A DNA stretch of 64,000 nucleotides from Lama guanicoe (GCA_013239625.1 MU053645.1:1852274-1916273), one strand, 5' to 3'. Shown: positions 1-12,416, numbered from the stretch's first letter. Numbers and translations are program-made. Notes: generated by a model not told the origin, from the sequence alone.

Positions 1-1766
1 ATTCAGTTTCACATTTTGAATTTAAGGTCTATTTAAGTTAGTGCTACACTAAAGGAGGAATGAAACAGTAAGACACTAGTGAAATCCATGGTACCTTCTA
101 GTTTTCACAATCACTACCAAATTATGTCTGTGCATTTTGTCACTTTAATCTAGTGCCTAGCACAGTGCTAATCACAGTGTTACTACTTGATAGAAGATGA
201 GGATTCCTGGGCAACGTCTGTCAGATAGCAGCTCTTCATGCATGGAAGTCCAGCCCTCACTTGGCAAGAAGGGTACACACTCTGAGTACTCTTGTTAACT
301 ATTTTTGCCTTCCTTTTCAGATTCTAATGACAGCAGCCCATAGGAGAACCTAACCCTTTGCCTTCTTGGTATGATGCATTCTAGGTTTAGTAAAGGTGAG
401 GAAATCTTTGTGACATTTATAAAATTATCCAGAAAGGAGGAAAGCAATTGATATCTAATATTTGAATATGAGGCTTAATTAGGTGGACACACTGTCCCTT
501 CTCATCAGCATCTGCATTCCTTTTAAAAGGTCTCAGGGCTCCCCATTATTGGTTGTTTAGATGCTGCCTATAGCACTTATTAGTGCTACCAGAAAGCTAA
601 ACTGTCACTCACTTTTAAAATATTAATATGAAAGAATAAACAGAGTCTAATGTCTTAAGCTATGATAACCATCCTCACAGACATATTTTATCTTGTCACA
701 TTGTCTGCCTAATTTCCTAATGATGTATTTCTTAAAGTGAAAGTGCTGAAGCCAAAAGTTTGGACCTCCTCTGTTCATTGACACTTACCACAAATTACTC
801 CAGCTTAAAATTCATACCACATTACAGTCCTTATAGGAAGTTACTGACATGCCTGTTTACTCAATCCCTCTGATTTTATGTTTCCAATAATTAAAATGAA
901 AAACCGTACCATTGTCATAGATGAAAACCAGTATGTTTCTTTCATTACATGTGAATTTAAGCATACCTTTAACATGTTAGTTGGCAATCTTTATTTCTTG
1001 TTTTGTTGCAAATCTCTTCATGCCCTTTACTCATTTTATTTTACATATCCTCATAAATTCCTTAAGATTTGTTCTTACCCCTCCTGGTTCTGAGATGGAT
1101 GCCTTGGTTGGTTAAATCCAAGCCCTGTGGTCTTCTCATGAATCACTGCAAAGCTGCCCTGGGAGGCACTTGTGCATAAGCTCCTGTCAATTACTGATCA
1201 CTAGGTAAGACAACTAACTGTGGCTAAAGCCTGAAACATAGTCCTTGACATAGTGCCCATCCTGTGAGAAATAATGTCAGAATGGCTATATTCCTCACTT
1301 CCCCAATGCCTTATTATTTTATTCCAATTTGTTTCCTATGAATTGGTATAGTTTTCTTGGTGCCACTTATGAAACTGAATTAAATTTGGGCATTCTATGT
1401 AAGTTAGCATTCCCACTTATAAAAATTTATCCTAATGAAATAGTAAAAGATGTCCAAAAATTTAATTAAAATTGTCACCCTTGAAAATCACCAGCTTGTC
1501 ATCTGTTACAGGCCAAAATTTAGAAATGACAGGGGTAAGGCAGCAATACAGTTGCAAGGGGAAAGAAAAATTCTATAGACATTCTCACACACACACACAA
1601 CCATGAATATACACATATATATATACAGTCCTGTGGGCTCTGTTGTTAAAATCATAAATTTGGGGGCAGAAGAAAGAGGGCAAATTAATTAATTCTTTGG
1701 TAGATTGATTCACATGATACACATGAAAAACATACTTTAAGAAATGAAAATAACTAAAAGGAAGTT

Positions 1767-2264
1767 AGTATTAGTTTCCTGTTGCTAGTGTAACAAATTG
1801 CCACAGACTGAGTGGCTAAGAACAACAGAAATTTATCTTCTCATAAGTCTAGAGGGGAGAGATCCAAAATCAGTATAACTAGGCTAAAATCAAGGTGTTG
1901 GTAGAACTGTGCTCCCTTCAGAGAGTCTCAGGAATGAAGAGACTCTTCCAGTATCTGGTGGCTACCAGCATTCCTTGGAATGAGCTGCATTACTCCAATC
2001 TCTGCCTCTGTAGTCACACTGCCTTCTCTTCTTCTGTGTCTGTTTCTCTTAATCTGTGTGAAATCTCCCTCTACATCCCTCTTAAAAAGACATCTGTTAC
2101 TGCATTTAGAACCCTCTCTACTAATCCAGGATAATTTCCCTATCTCGATTTCCTTAACCTACTCAAACCCCAAAATAATTTTTTGATCATATAAGATAAC
2201 ATTCACAGGTCCTATGAATTAAGACATGGATAACTTTGGCAGGGGGCAATGTTTAGTTACCACA
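1767..2264 (-). mobile_element. MaLR solo LTR (MLT1-type)
   Basis: Starts GTATTAGTTTCCTGTTGCT..GTAACAAATTGCCACAGACTGAGTGGCT..AACAACAGAAATTTAT and ends ..TTACCACA, the reverse orientation of MLT1 LTR consensus; subfamily not resolved. Confidence 0.8.
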
Positions 2265-3189
2265 ATGTTCATTGCTGTATATTTTACTATAGGGAAAAAT
2301 GATACTACATGGTCAACAATATGAGTTAGTTCAATCATGTCACAGTCAGGATAGAGTGCTATGTGAGCATGAATATTAGTTATATTGTTAACAGTGAAAT
2401 TTCTTTCTATTAAACTACATAAAAATAAAAAACACGAACAACAACCAGTGTTTGCAAAAGTGTGGGGAACTAGACACTGTAATACATTTTTGGCAGCAAT
2501 ATATATTATTTACTTGAAATAAATAATAAAATATACAATGTTCAGGCTTTCTGTTAAAAGTTTTAGGTCTAGGACATTATGTAGCTATAATCCCTTCCCA
2601 AGTGCAAATTGTATGGGAAAGACTGATTACTGTAGCTCGTTTGTAGAAGTTAAAATCGGAAAGAAGCACGTCCCAGGAACAAATGGAAAACTAGGCAATC
2701 TTTAAAAAGAAGGGATTAGATTTGTAACTGATATAGAAAGACAGGCATGATATATTAAGTGAAAACCCATGGATAGATAGCTTAGATATATTGTTAACAT
2801 AAAAATCAAGCCCCCAAACATTTTCTATAGGGAGAGAGGAGAGAAAACACAGGGGATGTATGCCTTTGTGTTATTGGAATTAATTTACAGCAAATGTTTA
2901 TCACTTTTGTAGTCAGAAAGAAGTGATGTGAGTTAAAAACCTGAAAATAGGGGGAATATTGTGATGTATCTTGACAAGGCTGGTTTTCACCCTCCTGAAG
3001 ACACAGTTACCCTGTCTACAAAATGGAAAATCTCATTAGCATTTGCCAGAAAATATGACATAATGTGTTTATTAGAGTCAACCTGATGCAAATTTAACCC
3101 CAAGATGTTAATGAACTTGTGGTAAAATGTTTATTATTGTTTGGTTGTAAACAGTTTATAAACCTCCACATCGACTTCTTCTTTACTAC

Positions 3190-5790
3190 ATAGATTATTT
3201 TCAAGTGTGCCTAAATTTCAAACCATTTTTGTTTGTTTGTTTCTAGTTTTCATTCTGCTACTGATTTCTAATTCTTTGTACTGTAGTCAAAGAGTGTAAT
3301 CCATAGAACAACTCTTTGAAATTTGTTGAGATTTGTTTTATAAAACTTTGTGTGGTTAGTTTCAGTAAATCATCCAGTTTTGTTTTAAACGGTGTGTATT
3401 TTGGCAGTTGTTAGATGCAACATTTTATATGCTTTCTTTAAATCAACCTTATTGTGTTGTTGAAATCATCTGTCATTTGTTTTCTTGTTATTGTTGTTCC
3501 GTAATATAACAATTATAGTCTTTAAATTTTCCATTATGGTGATGGACATATTTATCTCTTCACGTAATTAATTCATAGAATATTTATTTATATATTTTGA
3601 AATTTTATTATTATGTGAATACAGGATGTAATTGTTATGTATTCCTAATGAATTAGACATTTTATCATTATGAAGTTATCATTTTGATCAAGTTCTATTT
3701 TCAACGTTTAAAAAAGCTATACCAGGACAGAAATAGACTCACAGACAGAGAATACAGACTTGTGGTTACCAGGGGGGTAGAGGGTGGGAAGGGATAGACT
3801 GGGATTTCAAAATTGTAGAATAAACAAGATTACACTGTATAGCACAGGGAAATATACACAAAATGTTATGATAACTCACAGAAAAAAAAATGTGACAATG
3901 AGTGTGTATATGTCCATGAATGACTGAAAAAATTGTGCTGAACACTGGAATTTGACACAACATTGTAAAATGATTATAAATCAATAAAAAATGTTTAAAA
4001 ACACACTCAAGAAAATAGAAAAAAAAAAGCTATACCAGGAAATTTTAATTAGCTAACATGATATGTAATTTTTTTATACTCTTAATCATTCTATATCCTA
4101 GTTTTAGATGTTTCTTGCAAACAGGGTATGCTTAATTCTTTTTGTATCCAGTCTGAAAAATCTTTGTCCCTTGAGTGTTAATCTTGTTACATTTGTGTAA
4201 TAAATGACATATTTAAATGTATCTTCCATTTTATTTTGTGCTTTCTACCTTTCTAACCTCATCTACTTTTCTCTCCTGTCTTATGAATTGACTTGAGTAT
4301 TTTTCTCATTCCATATTTTAAGAATCTTTTACTTTAAAAGTTATATACACTATTTCTATGATTTTAGTGATTACCCTATACATTTTTAATAAAAAATTAA
4401 AGTGAAGAACTCTTAATGTTCCTTCCAGACTCAAAACACTTTAAACTCTAATCTCCTCCTCCTAACTCACAATCATGTATTGTCATTTATTTAATTCTTT
4501 GCTATGGTCTCATCTTGCAGGATATTCCTTTTTAAACCAATGTTTCTTTAGATTTACACATATTTAACACTTTTGTTGCTTTTCATTTCTTGTTGCATCT
4601 CAAATCATCATCCTTTCTGCCTGAAATACAATTTTAAAATTTCTTTTTGTGAATGTGCTTCTGGAAAATCTCTATTATTATTTATCTGAAATCCTTTTAT
4701 TTCAACCTCACTCTTTTCTTTAATTTTTAATGAACATTTAGAATATATATAAAAATAAAATAAGAAAACAAACACCTATATGCCAACCTGGCTTCAATAA
4801 ATATATATTTATCTTCTTTTACATATTTTTGTCTAAATAAAGTAAATTATACCATGTCAGCCTAAATACTTTACCATGCATCTTCAAAGTATAAAAACAT
4901 TCTCCTATATAACCAAAATATCATAATCACTTATAATAAGATTAACTGTAATTCCCTATATCTGATCCACTTCATATTAAAATTTACCCAGTTGTTCCAA
5001 AATGTGGTTTACAGCACTTTTACAAACCAGGTTTCGATTAAGGATCACACACAGTATTGGTTGTTGTTACAGTTCTTAAATCTCATTAATCTACAACAGT
5101 TTATCCTCTCGAAATTTTTTCATGACACTGACTTTTTGAAGAGACTGGGCTGATTGTTTTGAATACTTATGATATTATTTCACTTATTGTTTTATGACCT
5201 ATATTTGTTATTACCTATAAGTTAGCTCCAAAGCCTAACTTCATGTAACTATTTCTTCTTTCATTCTCTAGGGTTAGTACTCTAGATTGACAGTTTTGTT
5301 TCTTTCATGTTAAGGGTTTATTTTACTGTTTTCTAGCTTCCATTACTGCTGTTGACAATCAGCTGCATGTATAATTGGTATTCCTTTGTAGGCAATCTAG
5401 CTCCTATTAATGTTTTCTCTACGAGTCTGATGTATATTACTTTACTATGATGTATTTAGGTGTGCATATCTTTCTCTTAAGTTGCTTTAAATTCACTGGG
5501 GTTTCTAAAGATATGGCTTCTATGTTTTTCATCAATTCTGAAAACTTCTGAGTCACTGTCTCTTCAAATTTTGCCTCTGTCTCATTCCTTCTTACCCTTA
5601 TCCATAAGAATATTCTGTCTCTTAATGTTAACTGCAGAAAAATTAATCAAATCTAAATTCCTCTTAACCAGTTTTCTCTTCATCTAGATTTAATATGCTA
5701 TAAACTGTGTTTCATTTAGTCTACATTTTACTTTGCAGAACATCGATTTGTATTTATTTTTTAATCCATTTGAAATTTTTGTTGGCACTT
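3190..5790 (-). mobile_element. Ancient, heavily decayed LINE-1 fragments
   Basis: T-rich text resembling antisense L1 ORF2/ORF1 (e.g. TTTGAAATTTGTTGAGA, TATCCAGTCTGAAAAATCTTTG, TTCATCAATTCTGAAAA); boundaries approximate. Confidence 0.55.
3728..4022 (+). mobile_element. Young 5'-truncated LINE-1 3' end
   Basis: L1 3'UTR (ACAGAAATAGACTCACAGAC..AATAAAAA), A-rich tail, perfect 18-bp TSD AAAAAAGCTATACCAGGA (3710-3727 / 4023-4040) at a TTT/AAAA endonuclease site. Confidence 0.92.
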
Positions 5791-5829
5791 AATTAACAAT
5801 TTCATTCCTTTTCACTAGAAACCTATTAA

Positions 5830-8096
5830 ATATATAATAAGAGACCATGTATAATTATATACCAGTAAATTGGACAATCCAGAAGAAATGGATAAATTCC
5901 TAAAAACACACAACTACCAAGACTGAATCAAGGGGGAGGGTATAGCTCAAGTGGTAGAGTGCATGCTTAGCATGCAGAAGGTCCTGGGTTTAATCCCCAG
6001 CACCACCTCTAAAAATAAATAAACCTCATTATCTCCCCCACCTCTGCCAAAATAAAATAATTAAATAATACAATAATAAATAAATAAAACATTAAGAAAG
6101 ACTGAATCAAGAAGAGACAGAAAGCCTTAACATACCAATTAAAAAAAAGAGAGATTGAATCAATAATCAAAAAATTACCCAAAATGAAAAGCCCAGGACA
6201 AGAGGATATCACAGGTAATTCTACCAAATATTTTAAAAAGAATTAATATAAATTCTTATTAAATGCTTACAAAACTATAAGAAGAGGGAACATTTCTCCA
6301 CTTATTTATGAGGTCTGAATCACTGTGATAGCAAAATCAGACAAAGACATCAAAAGAGAAGAAAACTACAGGCCAACATTCCTGATGAATATGGATGCAA
6401 AATTTCTCAACAAAATATTAACAAACCAAATTCAGCACATTAAAAGGATCATACACCCTGATTAAGTGGGATTTTTCCTTAGGATGCAAGTATATTTAAT
6501 ATACACAAAGTAATTAATGTGATACATCACATTAATAGAATGAAGGATAAAAATCACATAATTATCTCAATAGTGCAGAATATTGAACTATCAAAATAAT
6601 GCAGAAAAAAGCATATGACAAAATTCATATGTATAGTTCATAGTAAAACAATTAATTAAGCATAGAAGGAACTTACCTCATCACAATAAAACACATATAT
6701 GAGAAGCCCACAAGTGACATCACACCCAATGGTGAGTGGTTGAAAGTTTCACCTCTGATCAGAAACAAGACAAGAGTTGCCTCTGATCAGAAACAAGACA
6801 AGAGTGGCCTCTACCACCATTCCTATTCAGAATAGTACTGAACACCCCTGCCACAGGATTAGGCGAGAAAAAGAAATAGATTCAAATTTGAAAATGAAGA
6901 TATGAATAGTCTCTGCAGATGACATGATCTTATATGTGGAAAACCACATAGCCTCCCTAAATAACCTGTTAAAACTAATAAATTCCACAAAGTTGCCAGT
7001 TACATACATTTTCCAACATACATTTTTCAGCATACATTTTCCAAAAATCAGTTATATTTCTATACACTAACAATGAACTATCTGAAAAGGAAATTGAGAA
7101 ACCAATTCCATTTACAATAGCATCAAAAAGAATAAAATATTTAGGAATAAACTTATCCAAGGAGGTGAAATAACTGGTATACTGAAAACTATAAAACACT
7201 GAGGAAAGAAATTAAAGCAAACACAAATAAATGACAAGACATCCTATGTTCATGGATTAGAAAATTTAATATTATTAAAATGTCTATACTATCTAAAATG
7301 ATCTACAGATTTAAAACTATTCCCATCAAAATACCAATGGCAATTTTCCTATACACAAAAAATGATAAAACAATCTTAAAATTCAAATGGAACCACAAAG
7401 GAATGCAAACAGCCAAAGCAATTTTGAGCAAGCAGAAAAAAAGCTAGAGGCATCACATGTGTTGATTTCAAAATATAATTACAAAGCTACAGTAATAAAA
7501 ACACTATGATATTGACATAAATACAAAAAGACCAATGGAAAAGAAGACAGCCCAGAATAAACATAAACATATATGGCCAATTGATCCTTGACATGGATAT
7601 CATGAATATACATTGGGGAAAGGATCTTTAATAAATGGTGTTTGGAAAACTAGATATCTACATGCAAAAGAATAAAATTGTACCCTTATCTCACACTATA
7701 CATAAACGTCAACTCAAACTAAGTTAAAGACTTAAACATAAGACCTGAAACTATAAAACTCATAGAAGAAAACAGGGGGAAAGCTTGACGCTGGCTTTGG
7801 CAATGATTTCTTGGAAATGAAACCAAGAACACAGGAACCCAAAGCAAAACACACAGTGGGATTACACGAAACCAAAAAGCTACTTCACAGCAAAGAAAAC
7901 AATTAACAAAATGAGAAGACAACTTATGGAATGGGAGAAACTATTTGCAAATAACATCTCTGACACTGGGTTAATCTTCAAAATATATAAGGAACTTCTA
8001 CAACTCAACAGCAAAAAAACCAAATAACCCAATTAAAAATTGGGCTAAGGACTTGAATAGACATTTCTCCAAAAAAGACATAGAAACAGCCAACAT
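5830..8096 (+). mobile_element. Decayed LINE-1 ORF2 (RT region to C-terminal part)
   Basis: Recognisable ORF2 text including GCAGATGACATGATC (YADD-motif region, ~6915); many stops and frameshifts. Confidence 0.88.
5933..6097 (+). mobile_element. tRNA-Ala-derived SINE (camelid Vic-1 type)
   Basis: GGGGAGGGTATAGCTCAAGTGGTAGAGTGCATGCTTAGCATGCAGAAGGTCCTGGGTTTAATCCCCAG head with pol III A/B boxes, AT-rich tail, 14-bp TSD AAGACTGAATCAAG (5919-5932 / 6098-6111). Confidence 0.88.
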
Positions 8097-9247
8097 ATTT
8101 CTGTACATTACTCTTGTATCCTGCTACCTTGCAGAATTCATTTATTCTAACAGCTTTTGTGTGGAGACTTTAGGGTTCTCTATATAGAGTATCACGTCAT
8201 CTTTCATAGTGACAGTTTTACCCCTTCCCTTCCAATGTTGATATCTTTAATTTCTTTTTCTTGTCTGACTGTTATGACTAGGACTTCTGATACTATGTTG
8301 AACACAAGTGGTGAGAGTGGGAATCCTTGTTTTGTTCCTGAATTTAATGGGAAGTCTTTCAGTTTTTCACCACTGAGTATTATGTTGGCTGTGGGTTTGT
8401 CATAAATGACTTTAATTATATTGGAGATATGTTCCCTCTATACCCTCTTTGGTTAGAGTTTTTATCATGAATTGATGTTGAATTTTACCAAATGCTTTTT
8501 CTGTGTCTACTGAAATGATCAAACAACCAAATCAAAAAATGTATAGAAGACCTAGACATTTTTCCAAAGAACATGTACAGATGGCCAATAGGCACAGGAA
8601 AAGCTGCTCAACACTGGTAATTATTAGAGAAATGCAAATCAAAACTATATGAAGTATCACCTCACACCAGGCAGAATGGCTATCATCAAATGTCTACAAA
8701 TAATAAATGCTGGAGAGGGTGGGGAGAAAAGGGAACTCTCCTACACTGTTGTTGGGAGTGTAAATTGGTGCAGCCACTATGAAAATAGTATGGAGAGTCC
8801 TTAAAAACCTAAAAATAGAGCTACCATATGATCTAGCAATCCTACTCTTGGGTGTATATCTGCAAAAAATGAAGACACTAATTTGAAAAGATACATGCAC
8901 CCCAGTGTTCACAGCAGCACTATTTACAATAGCCAAGAACAGGAAACAACCCAAATGCTCATCAACAGATGACTGGCTTAAGAAGATGTAGTATATATAT
9001 ACAATTGAATATTGCTCAGCCATAAAAAAGAATGAAATACTGTCATATGACTTTTATTCCTTTTCCTTGCCTAATTGTTTTTTTTTAACTGAAGTATAGT
9101 TAGTTAGGTTTACAATGTTGTGTTAATTTCTGGTGTACAGCTATTATGAATGCTGTAGTGAACATGAGAGAGTGCAGATATCTCTTTGAGATCCTGATTT
9201 CAGTTCCTTTGGACATGTACTCACTATACACACACACACACATATGT

Positions 9248-9285
<38 letters not shown>

Positions 9286-9751
9286 AATACTACTCAGCCA
9301 TAAAAAAGAATAAAATAATGCCATTTGCAGCAACATGGATGGACCTGAAGATTGTCACACTAAGTGAAGTAAGCCAGAAAGGGAAATAAAAATACCATGT
9401 GATATTACTTATATGTGGAATCTTAAAAAAAAAAGACATAAATGAACTTATTTACATAACAGAAACAGACTCACAAACATAGAGAATAAACTTATGGTTA
9501 CCAGAGGGGGAAGAGGGGGTTGGAGGGATAAATTGGGAGTTCGGGATTTGCAGATACTAACTACTATATATAAAATGGATGAACAGCATGGTCCTACTGT
9601 GTATCACAGGGAACCATATTCAATATCTGTAATAGCCTGTAATAGCCTGTAATGGAAAAGAATATATATATGTATAACTGAATCACTATGCTGTACACCA
9701 GAAATTAACACAACATTGTAAACCAATTAACTATACTTCAGTTAAAAAAAA
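8097..9751 (+). mobile_element. LINE-1 with inverted 5' segment and rearranged 3' part
   Basis: 8097-8520 is antisense ORF2. 8521-9045 and 9284-9751 are sense ORF2 end/3'UTR with a short poly(A) at ~9744-9751. Inverted inserts occupy 9046-9225. Confidence 0.75.
9228..9283. repeat. (CA)n-TATG-(TG)n compound microsatellite
   Basis: Directly visible; the two halves are mutually complementary. Confidence 0.95.
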
Positions 9752-10505
9752 TTAGGCAAGGAAAAGAAATAAAAGTCATACAAATTGGAAAGCAAGAAAT
9801 GAAACTATCTCTATCTGCTGATGAACAATCCTGTATATTAAAAAAAATCCAAAGAATCTACAAGAAAGCTACTAGAGCTAATACACCAATTCATCCACGT
9901 TACAGGGCATAACATCAACACAAAGAATAGTTGTGTTTCTATACGCCCACAATGAACAATCTGAAGGGAAATTAAAGAAGTAATTTCATTTACAATAGCA
10001 ACTAAATAAAATCTTTAGAAATTAATTGAAGGAAGGAGATGCTAGATTCATACTCTGGAAACTAAAAACATTACAGAAAGAAATTAAAGGAGAACTGAAT
10101 AGAAGTGAGAATCCCTATTTATGATTAGAAGACTTAATATTATTAAGATGGCAATACTTCCCATACTGATACACAGATTCAGATATCTCTAGGAAAATTC
10201 CAATGATCTTTTCTGAAGATATGGAAAAGGTAAACCTCAAAATCCCATGCAATGGCAAGGTTCCCCAAATAGCCAAAACAATCCTGAGATTGTGCTTTTC
10301 ATGTCATATCTAAGAAATCAAAATCCTGAAAAAGAACAGTTGGAAGCCTTACACTTCCCAACTTCAAAACTTACTACAAAATAACAGTAATTAAAACAGT
10401 ATGATACTAGCATAAGAATATACATATAGATTAATGGAATAGAATTGACTGTCCAGAAATAATCCTACACATCTATGGCCGATTCATTTTCCAGAATAGT
10501 GCCAA
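9752..10505 (+). mobile_element. Older LINE-1 ORF2, left half of the host of the 9.1-kb insertion
   Basis: ORF2 text ending ..GATTCATTTTCCAGAATAGTGCCAA, resuming collinearly at 19655 (GATCAGTCAATGGGGAAAGAAC). Confidence 0.85.
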
Positions 10506-11926
10506 AGAGTTACCTGTAAAAGACTGAAATTAGAACATTTTCTAACACCATACCAAAAATAAACTCAAAATGGATTAAAGACTTAAATGTAAGCCCAGAT
10601 ACCATAAAACTCCTAGAGGAAAACATAGGCAGAACACTCTTGGACATAAATCACAGCAATATATTTTTTGAACCAGCTCCTGGAGTAATGAAAATAAAAG
10701 CAAAAATAAACAAATGTGATCTAATTAAACTTAAAAGCTTTTGCACAGCTAAGGATACTATCAACAAAACGAAAAGACAACCTATAGAATGGGAGAAAAT
10801 ATTTGCCAATGATTTGACTGACAAGGGACTAACTTCCAAAATATACAAAGAGCTCATAGACCTTAATATAAAAAAAAGCAACCCTATCAAAAAATGGGCA
10901 GAAGACTCCAAAGACAGAGAGATGGCCAACAAGCACGTGAAAAGATGCTCAACACCACTAATTGTTAGAGAAATGCAAATCAAAACTACAATTGTTGTGG
11001 AGAATAGGTGCTTACCTCATGCAGGAAAGAATTCAAGAGCAAGCCATGGTAAAGTGAAAGCAAGTTTATTTAGAGAGATACACACTCCACAGACAGAGTA
11101 CAGTCTGTCTCACTCAGAAGGGAAAATGGCTTAGGAGATACACACTCCATAGGCAGAATGTGGGCCATCTCAGAAAGGTGAGAGGGAGAGAGACCAAGAA
11201 GTGTGGGCGTGTTTAGTTTAAAAGTAAAAGCAGATACACACTCCATAGAGTGCAGGCCATCTCAGAAGGCAAGAGAGAGTGACCACGAGGTGTGGAGTTG
11301 TTAGGTTTTATGGGCTCGGTAATTTCATATGCTAATGAGTAGGAGGATTATTCCAAATACTTTGGGGAAGGAGTGAAGATTTCCAGGAAATGCCCCCTCC
11401 ACCTACTTTTTGACATTTCATGGCCAGCCTAGGAACTGTCATGGTGCCTGTGGGTGTGCTTGAGACTCAAGGTCTACTGGAAGTTGAATCTGCTGCCATC
11501 TTGGTTCTGACCAGTTTGTCCTGTCCTCAATTACTGTGTCATTCCTTCAATGGTTATGCCCCCCTTCCTCCCACTTCACAATGATATATCACCTCACACC
11601 AGCTATAATGGCCATCTTTAAAAAGACTACAAATGATAAATGCTGGAGAGAGTGTGGAGAAAAAGGAACCCTCCTACACTGTTGGTGGGTATGTAAATTG
11701 GTGCAGCCACTATGGAGGACAGTATGGAGGTTACTTAAAAAATTAAAAATAGACTTACCATATGATCAGCAATCCCATTCCTGGACATATACCTGGAGAA
11801 AACTCTAATTCAAAAAGACACATGCACCCCAATGCTCATAGCAGCACTATTTACAATAGCCAAGACATGGAAACAACCCAAATGTCCATCAACAGATGAC
11901 TGGATGAAGAAGATGGGTATGTATAC
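10506..11926 (+). mobile_element. 5'-truncated younger LINE-1 ORF2 C-terminal segment (5' part of chimeric insert)
   Basis: ORF track 10640-11134 ([23 protein letters not shown]) and 11536-11808 ([22 protein letters not shown]) are L1 ORF2p C-terminal motifs; it stops abruptly at the LTR start. Confidence 0.9.
10993..11578 (-). mobile_element. Solo LTR, MER41-like (ERV1)
   Basis: TG..CA termini and 4-bp TSD CAAT (10989-10992 / 11579-11582). Minus-strand AATAAA (11065-11070) is followed by CTTGCTTTCACTTTAC..TGAATTCTTTC as in MER41. Three internal GATACACACTCCA repeats. Confidence 0.8.
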
Positions 11927-12412
11927 TATGAATGAAAAATACTGTAAGCCATACCAGTAAACAAAGAATGCTGAAGCCATCAAGCCACCAGATGCTGCTG
12001 CCACCCCCCATAGTGAGCTGTAGGTGCAAACAAGCTGGCAGCCCATCCTCTGCAGCCACTCACAGTGGTGCACTCTGAGGGGACTCAGAATCTGGAGAGA
12101 CAAGATACTGGCCCTAAATAGCTAGGTGTTTGTCAAAGGAATGATTTCAATGACCCCAGATGTTTGGTCCTTCCCATAAATAGAAAAGTGCTAAATTCTT
12201 TAACTTCAGATGTCTGGTTTTCTTTAACAGTACTCTTTAATGTTTTGACTAGCTGGTCTTTGTTGTAAAACTCCTATATATCCTGGCTCCTCCCCTACCT
12301 CTTTGGAGAAGTCCCTCAGAGCAATCTGAGAGGCTGTCATCCCAGCTCGAGTCCTCCCGCCAAATAAAACATAACTCTTAACTTTTAGGCTGCATATTTA
12401 TTTCAGTCGACA
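11927..12412 (+). mobile_element. ERV 5' LTR (complete U3-R-U5)
   Basis: Homologous to 19169-19616; TATA-like CCTATATATC (~12273), AATAAA 12363-12368, ends ..GTCGACA, followed by a PBS. Confidence 0.9.
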
Positions 12413-12416
12413 GTTT

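Noticed and set aside
5933..6010. Apparent tRNA-Ala gene
   Set aside because: Acceptor stem is broken, and it has a SINE tail and TSD; it is a SINE head.
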